A DNA stretch of 64,000 nt from Chrysomallon squamiferum. Taxonomy: Eukaryota; Animalia; Mollusca. The position numbers and the translations under genes are program-made. The notes under the pieces were generated by a model, which saw nothing but the letters and a program-made list of their open reading frames with translations, had not been told where the DNA came from and made no database searches. Location of the stretch: assembly GCA_012295275.1 (NCBI GenBank), contig CM022671.1, positions 21,328,001-21,392,000 on the forward strand, in the 5' to 3' direction. The stretch's first letter is position 1. The number at the start of each line of letters is the position of its first letter. Positions 57,035 through 64,000 of the stretch are shown piece by piece.

Positions 57035-60000
57035 GAACAATTCAATAAATGAATTAATTTTTAATCCAAAATAAAATTTAACACTTCACATAACACTATA
57101 CATAAATAAAACTGAACTCAATTATTTCTTTATAACACTCCAGTTTTTCAAAAATTAGTTTAAATAAATCAAACTTTATTATAAGAACCCACAAACAAAC
57201 AAAATAAATATGAAGATCAAACACTAACAAATTATAACTCCAGCAAATATATTAATATTCATTTTTAACACAGATCAAACAAAACTAAAACACATTATAG
57301 ATTAAAAACTTAAACCTAAGAAACAAAACAAACATTTGGTATACTGGTAATATTTTAAAACATTTTATATTTCTTAAGAGCAAGTCAGTAATATTCATAC
57401 TGCAGATGAAACATTTTTTGTTTTAAATCTCCAATAAAAAGTACAAATTGTGTACTTTATTCAGTCTGGTGTATGTAACAATAATAATAAAGGTATATTA
57501 TTGCCATGCTTTAATGTTTTCATTGCCCACACTAATTTTTCAGAAACAGTCTTGAAAAAACCCAACCCAGAATCCAGCAGATCATAAAATACAAAGTTAA
57601 ATTGCTGTGATTCTCTATCTATCAGGATTTCACTTTACATGGGTTTTGAATTAAATCTGTGTATAAAACTGTATTATAAAAATGTAAATATTAATGTACT
57701 TGCATCTCAACAGCATTGTTTTTGTTTTTTTATATATATATATATTTACTTTATAATTAGCAAAGGTTGGAACACAGAAAAAACCAAACAATTACAAGAA
57801 GTATATATCATGACCATAATAAACACACGAACATAAGGTCTCATAAAACCTGATTAACTGTAAATTTTATATTGAAATCGTAACAACTAGCCAAGCATGA
57901 ACCTATAATCTGTTTAAAGAAAATCTAATACCAATACAATGTGTGAAAAATAAACCTAGGAACTAATAACATGAAAACAGAAAACTTTCAGGAAAGACAT
58001 GTAGGATGGAATAACTTAATTTGTAGAATGAGAGACCTACAGATGGATGAAAAGATTTGATCTGCTAATTAAATATAACTTAATATGGAAAAGCAGATAT
58101 ATGATTAACAGTGCCAGAGACAATATAATTCTTGATAAATACATCAAGTCTGATGATGTATTTTAACAACAATTCATTAACAGTTAAATATACTATTAGG
58201 ATTTCAGACAGATGAAGTCCAATAATCAATAATAAAAAAAAAGTGTCACACATATTATTAGTGTTCTTTAGTTTCATAACATTTTTCTGAATAAATAACA
58301 AGTCAGCAGTCTTTAAAGTCAAACAAATTATTTTAAAAAGAAGTGAGAACCTGTAATTAGGTAATTCACAACAGGCTGAGTCATATTATTTTTTTTTTTT
58401 AAAAGTCCAAGTTCTAATTTTAGTTCTCTAATTTTAGAAAATAAGAAACTGAAGGTCAGCTATAATTAACTTTTATCAGCCACTGAACAATAGATGTTTT
58501 TTTCCCTAATATTAATATAATGTACATTAATTTGAAAAGAAGATTTTGAGATGAATCAAAAACACTTTTAAAAAATAAAATAAGAATAATAAGAATAATA
58601 ATAAATATACCCAGTATTTTTAATTTGGACAGTCCCACCTCTGTAATTAATTATTTCCAACATTTTTAATATTTTTCTAAGACTCGAGTCAAGAAGCTTT
58701 CTAAAATGCACAAAAATGGAAAATAAGGAATTTCTCGAAATAACTTTGTTTTGGAATGTTGGCATAAAACATCTGAAAATTTAACTTCCCAAAACTGTTA
58801 TATAAAAATATTCTGAAAGTTAACAAACCGTGCTTTAAAACAGATCATCTATGGTATTTATTTATATAAATACATTTTATTTATATATATATATATTATT
58901 CATGCTTGATATGTATTTTAAATTCAACAATTCTAATACTAATGGAAAGCACTGCTTTAACATGAATCACAACACTAAATATAAATAGCTCTATGCAAAT
59001 GTTTGAAAATCCACAACCAGATATGTATTAAACAAGCATTTAAATTAACCTTTTTCAAGTGATATGCAATACATAACATACAAATAGTATAAAAATGCAA
59101 AATTGGCATACTTAAAACTGATACATCTAACATAATGAAAACAGAAATGTTAAAAATAAATAAAAACTAGAACAGTATATAAATAAAGTTTAAAACTTTT
59201 TAAAAAGAAAACCTTTCTTTTTGTAATGAACTATTAAAATGTTGAAACTGAAATAAAAGTAATAGTGTAGATATGTTCAAAAAGCTATATCATTAATGGA
59301 TATATTAGTGTGATAAATCAGGGCATCAATAGACTGATAAAATTATGTTTTTAAAATATTTAAATTAGAAGTAATTCACAGAAAGTTCATCAATATGATA
59401 CAAAAACATATGCTTAATAATATCATTAATGCAATAAACAGAAGCATGCTAAACTTTAAATTAATCTTATTTTGAAAATTAATATACAAGAGTAACTTAA
59501 TAAAGTTTTGCATATTTCTGGTTTTTCAGAGTATCTGTTAACCACTGATTCATATTCTCAATAACAAGATTTTACATTATCATGATCAAAATCAATGCAG
59601 CAGAAGAATAAAAATAACATGGTGATATAAAAGTCACATATAAAAATGCTATAAATTTGTAACATCAAATGGTAAAAATATTTGTTTGTTCATTAGATAT
59701 TCTATAACATCAACATTCTAAATAAGGTAATCACTAAATTGTCACATGATTTAATAAAACAGATTCTAAACTTATCTAAAATTTAGAAAAAGACATTGTA
59801 GCCATAAAATATTGTGTAATATGTTTAACAAAATGTATATTTAAAGAGTATTAATTATAAATAAAAATAAATAATTTACATATTTATTTCCACAAAACTG
59901 AATTTGTGAAGAATAAGAATTTATCTACTTACTTTTTATTTATTAGTGGGGTTTTTTTAGGGTTTTTTATTATCATTACAAATAAGATCTATAATGTGGT

Positions 60001-61229
60001 AAAAACATTTCTGTTTCTATATGATGATAATTTGCAAGTATCTATGATCAAAAATATCTATATTAAAACTGATTAATCAATGTTTCATGTTCACAAAATA
60101 GTCAAGGGAAACAACTCCACATTTTAGTACAATGCAGTAACTGGGAAGACCAGTATAATTAGCTAGTATAGATTTCCTGATTATAATTAAATACTGTCTT
60201 ATACTAAATATAAATCTTCAAATTTAATACAAGTATTTAAAATCTTCTAACTGTTAACAGTTACCACTGAACAATATGATGATTATACAGACTACAGTAA
60301 TATTTAATCCAAATATTTAACATCAAACAATGAAATTATTTGATTGCAGTAGAAAGCCATTTACAAAACAACAGTAAAATATTCAAATATGAGGTAATTC
60401 AATAATTTAAAATAGATATTTGATGAAAACATCTTATTCTTTTTTAACTGAAATTATATGTGTAACGGTTAAACTGGCAAGATGTTTAATTAGAAAAAAA
60501 AAAAAAAAAAAAAAAAAAAAATGCAGATCCTGAATGAAAACAAGTTGATGTTTTTTCACAAAAAAACAATTGTAAATCCAAACTATCTGGTTTTGTTGTC
60601 ATTCTACAGTGCTTGATTCTTTTTAATTTTCAATATCTTTTAAAAGAAAATTAACTCTCAGTTATTTTTACTCAAAAAATTCATAACAGCAATAAGATTG
60701 GTTTTTTTTCCTTTAGCACCATGAATCAAAGTCATTTTATTATTGCTGTCAATACTGAAAGCCCGAATTTGAAAGAAACATCAGCATTAAAGAAAGTCTT
60801 ACAAATCAGAAACATTTAACAAGAATTTCTAGAGATGTCACAGTAAAATGATGCATCTATGTATCCTGATACAACTGTTAACAAGATCATTGGACACTGA
60901 GTTTTATTTTGAGTATAATTATATTGTTTCATAAAATAACTGTATGATACAAATTTGAAAATATCTATTTCTTTATTAAAACTTATATTAACAAGTGTTT
61001 AACTTTTTTTATCTTTACTTCCTTTTTTGGAAAATTGCTACACCTAAGCTGCAATTTTTTATCTTAGGGTGTGAAAAACCATTAAATCTTGTACTTCAAC
61101 ATCACCATCTGACAGCTGCACCAAAGTTTAGATGATCACGAACAAGTCTTAAGAATTTTCTCATAATAAAATGCATACTGTTGAGAACATATTTAAAACA
61201 TCCTTTTGTGAACAAGCCATGTGAAAAGA

Positions 61230-61468
61230 TCAAGTATATGAACTGTTGACGTAAGGGGGTGCCTCTGTTTGGTAGCTATCCACTTCTTCGTTCTCTTGTT
61301 TCAGAAAGAAGAAGATGGCTGATGCCATCATGAAAAACAAACCACCCAGTCCAATTCCGTACGTCCAGTCAAGATCCCACCGAGCGATCTGCTTAGTGTC
61401 TGCCTGTGACCTTATGTCTTCACCAAACTTCACAGGATAAATTATAACGGAAATCAGTTGACAAAGAG
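61230..61468 (-). CDS. Claudin/PMP22-like exon C (TM3 end, TM4, tail)
   Basis: TLCQLISVIIYPVKFGEDIRSQADTKQIARWDLDWTYGIGLGGLFFMMASAIFFFLKQENEEVDSYQTEAPPYVNSSYT*; TTTGCAG acceptor. Confidence 0.88.
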
Positions 61469-62495
61469 CTGCAAAACCAGACATGAAATTATGGATTAAG
61501 TAGTGTCGTATTTGTATGTTATGAATGGGGGAAAACAAAATAAGTAAAAAATTTGTAGTGGATAGATACAGATTTTTCTATAAATATGAATTATAGGTAA
61601 AAATGAGGTTGAAAAAACATTAAGGGAAGGTATTCGTGAAGAAAAAAGTGTGGTAACTGTATACTTTTTCTTACATTTTTAATAAAAAAAAAAAAAAAGA
61701 AAAAAATAAGGAATAAGTGAGTTGGATAATTGTTTTTATTCAGCTATAAATTATTGAAACAAACCAAAAAAATAAATAAATAAAAAACTAACGATGATGT
61801 AAAACGTACTTCCAAATGTACAGAGCACCCCAGCAATGACATACCACATTCTGGTGTGGGTGAACAGGCCAAGGATTCCCATAACGAGTGCACCAATACA
61901 GGCAAAGAGAGCAATCAAAGTAAGTGCTGCACAGGCAGACATCCAGTCTGAAACAGAAATATTAAAACTTAACTGAAAACCTAAACATATATATACACTG
62001 ACACATAGCCTTCAGTTAATTAAAACTTTGCAAAGATAGATTCCTTAGGTAACCTCTGTGATTGGTATGAAAACGTAATTAAGTTTAACAAAAAGGATTT
62101 TAAACAAGGATCATCAGAATCCACTTCTCTATTAAGCTGTAATAAGAAAATTCACATTTGCTAAATACTTAATTACCAGTGTAACAGTGACATAAATAAT
62201 CACTCTAGGTGAACTGCAGTCAACTTACTGAATCAATTAATAATTATTCAAAACTGTAACAGAGATAAACCAACTATCATAGATTAGAATAATCATCTAA
62301 ATATTATATATATTATTTTTTTTTTTTTTTTTTTTTTGTAAATATTCTATCAAGATAATTTTAAGAAATAACTAAAAAGAACAGTTATAACATTAATTTT
62401 TGTTAATAATTGATGAAACTGAAGATTTGTATATCATTTTTTTCATTTGTTATGTGTACTTTAGCCCTTTTTACTTTATATAATAATAATAATAA

Positions 62496-62553
<58 letters not shown>

Positions 62554-62768
62554 TGTGCGAACACACGCTTACCTTTCTGGACACAGATCTTGAGTGTGGG
62601 GTTAGCTGCTGAGATGTAGCACTGCTCCCATAGTCCCCAGGTATTGTGCTCTTCATTACCTGATTTCAACGTCACATCCACCCAGCCAGAAGCAGCTGCA
62701 GCAATGATGACCAGTAGAACAGAAATACTGGTAAAGATTACTGCTATCAGCTGCAATTAAAGTGACAT
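61230..62768 (-). CDS. PMP22/EMP/MP20/claudin-superfamily four-transmembrane protein (about 190 aa, 3 exons; start region ambiguous, in-frame TAA at codon 4)
   Basis: Exons 62573-62768, 61810-61947 and 61230-61468 splice in frame (GT-AG, phases 1 and 1). W...GLW..C...C signature (GWVD...WGLWEQC...KICVQK), four hydrophobic segments, stop TGA at 61230-61232. Confidence 0.85.
61810..61947 (-). CDS. Claudin/PMP22-like exon B (TM2-TM3)
   Basis: DWMSACAALTLIALFACIGALVMGILGLFTHTRMWYVIAGVLCTFG; TTTCAG acceptor, GTACGT donor. Confidence 0.88.
62573..62768 (-). CDS. Claudin/PMP22-like exon A (TM1 and first extracellular loop)
   Basis: MSL*LQLIAVIFTSISVLLVIIAAAASGWVDVTLKSGNEEHNTWGLWEQCYISAANPTLKICVQK; donor G|GTAAGC at 62572; 5' boundary uncertain. 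Confidence 0.8.
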
Positions 62769-63038
62769 CTTCAAAGGTTGGAGGTTTTTTTTGCTACGTT
62801 AAAATGCATGTGAATGAAATATCATCATTTATGCAAGTAACTATGCAGTTTGGGGTGGTGTCTTTTTGTTGAGTGTGGGGGTACTTTGTTGTCGTTATTA
62901 TTTATATCATCAGGACATATTTAATATTAATATCGTTAAACTTTTTTTACAAAAACAGCAGTATATTACTTAGCATTAAAAAATAGTATACTCACCAAAC
63001 ATTTTGATTAAAACAAATGAACTAAAATAACTATTTTT

Positions 63039-63083
<45 letters not shown>

Positions 63084-64000
63084 TTTTTTATTTTTTTTTT
63101 TTTTTTTTCATTCTTTCTTTTTAAATTTTAAATTCAAGGAATTAAATAATAAAATTTCCTTTTAAGTTATATCTGTCTCTCTGATCTGAGTATGGCTGGG
63201 AATTTTACTGATTAGAAAATGGAAGCTTGCCCATAATAATTTTAATCATTCTGTTATATTAAATAATTTCACGCATGTACGTATTTAGTAACTGTAACTC
63301 AACAATGTAGGCCTAGCTTTAAAGAAACTTATTATAAAATTATATAGATATTAATAATTATAACATATTTATCATAAATCTTAATAATTCTAATAAGTCG
63401 ATGAATTTTCATTATTTAACCAAAAGTCTAATAATAACAATTAGTTTGAAGCTGATTAACCGTATTCATATATTACATAATTATAAAGATCAGTGTTGAT
63501 GTTCACACCTGCGTAGCCCATACAGGTGTTTTTGATTAAACTATTTATTCACGTCTATGTTTATCATCTCAGTAAATGTGAGACTTTAAATTACAAGTAC
63601 TATTATTATTATTAATTTAATAAAACATAAAAGGAAATAATCAGAATAATGAATAGCAGGTAATGGTATGAAATGGAATGCGCGGCAAAGACACACTGAC
63701 ATTTTGTATACATATTTTGACAGTGAGTTGTGACCTAAATATTTTCTTTTATCATTTAGATGTTAATATTATGTGCGATTGTCCATGCATCGCACAACTA
63801 TGCCAGTGTTTATTAGAATATACAAATAAATACTTACCTTTATTGGGCGATATTGTTTCTCGACTTCAGCCATTGTCAAAGTAATTGCACAACAACAATA
63901 ATCATATAATGACAATATTTATAGTTAACATTTGTCAACACACTCTCGTTTCGCCATTCTTCTATAATTGAATTTATACGCTAATCTTTTATTTCCGGTA

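Noticed and set aside
61230-61265. Claudin-like C-terminus (APPYVNSSYT) as a ligand for the neighbouring NOS PDZ or a WW domain
   Set aside because: The terminal Thr does not fit typical PDZ-binding motifs and APPY is not PPxY; adjacency alone does not imply function.

Overview
Eukaryotic, AT-rich, microsatellite-dense genomic DNA; protein and SINE resemblance suggest a mollusc (inference). The left third holds a minus-strand PDZ-containing neuronal-type nitric oxide synthase gene. I traced 22 coding exons by hand from the ATG at 21288 down to 894; the last NADPH-domain exons lie beyond the left edge. All splice sites are GT-AG and all phases join except coding exon 11 (10188-10333). It carries one extra base, shifting the frame into TGA at 10216-10218 just after the calmodulin-binding helix, yet the 11 downstream exons are intact. 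About 34 kb upstream is non-coding, with candidate alternative NOS promoters/5'UTR exons (about 22.3, 35.7 and 48.9 kb), a Tigger/pogo derivative (another sits in NOS intron 12), decayed SINEs and a MITE/hairpin pair. At the right end is a 3-exon minus-strand PMP22/EMP/claudin-family gene whose apparent start reads ATG-TCA-CTT-TAA (stop at codon 4), inside a strongly CpG-depleted domain. Most ORF-track entries are microsatellite artefacts. No tRNA, rRNA or CRISPR features were seen.
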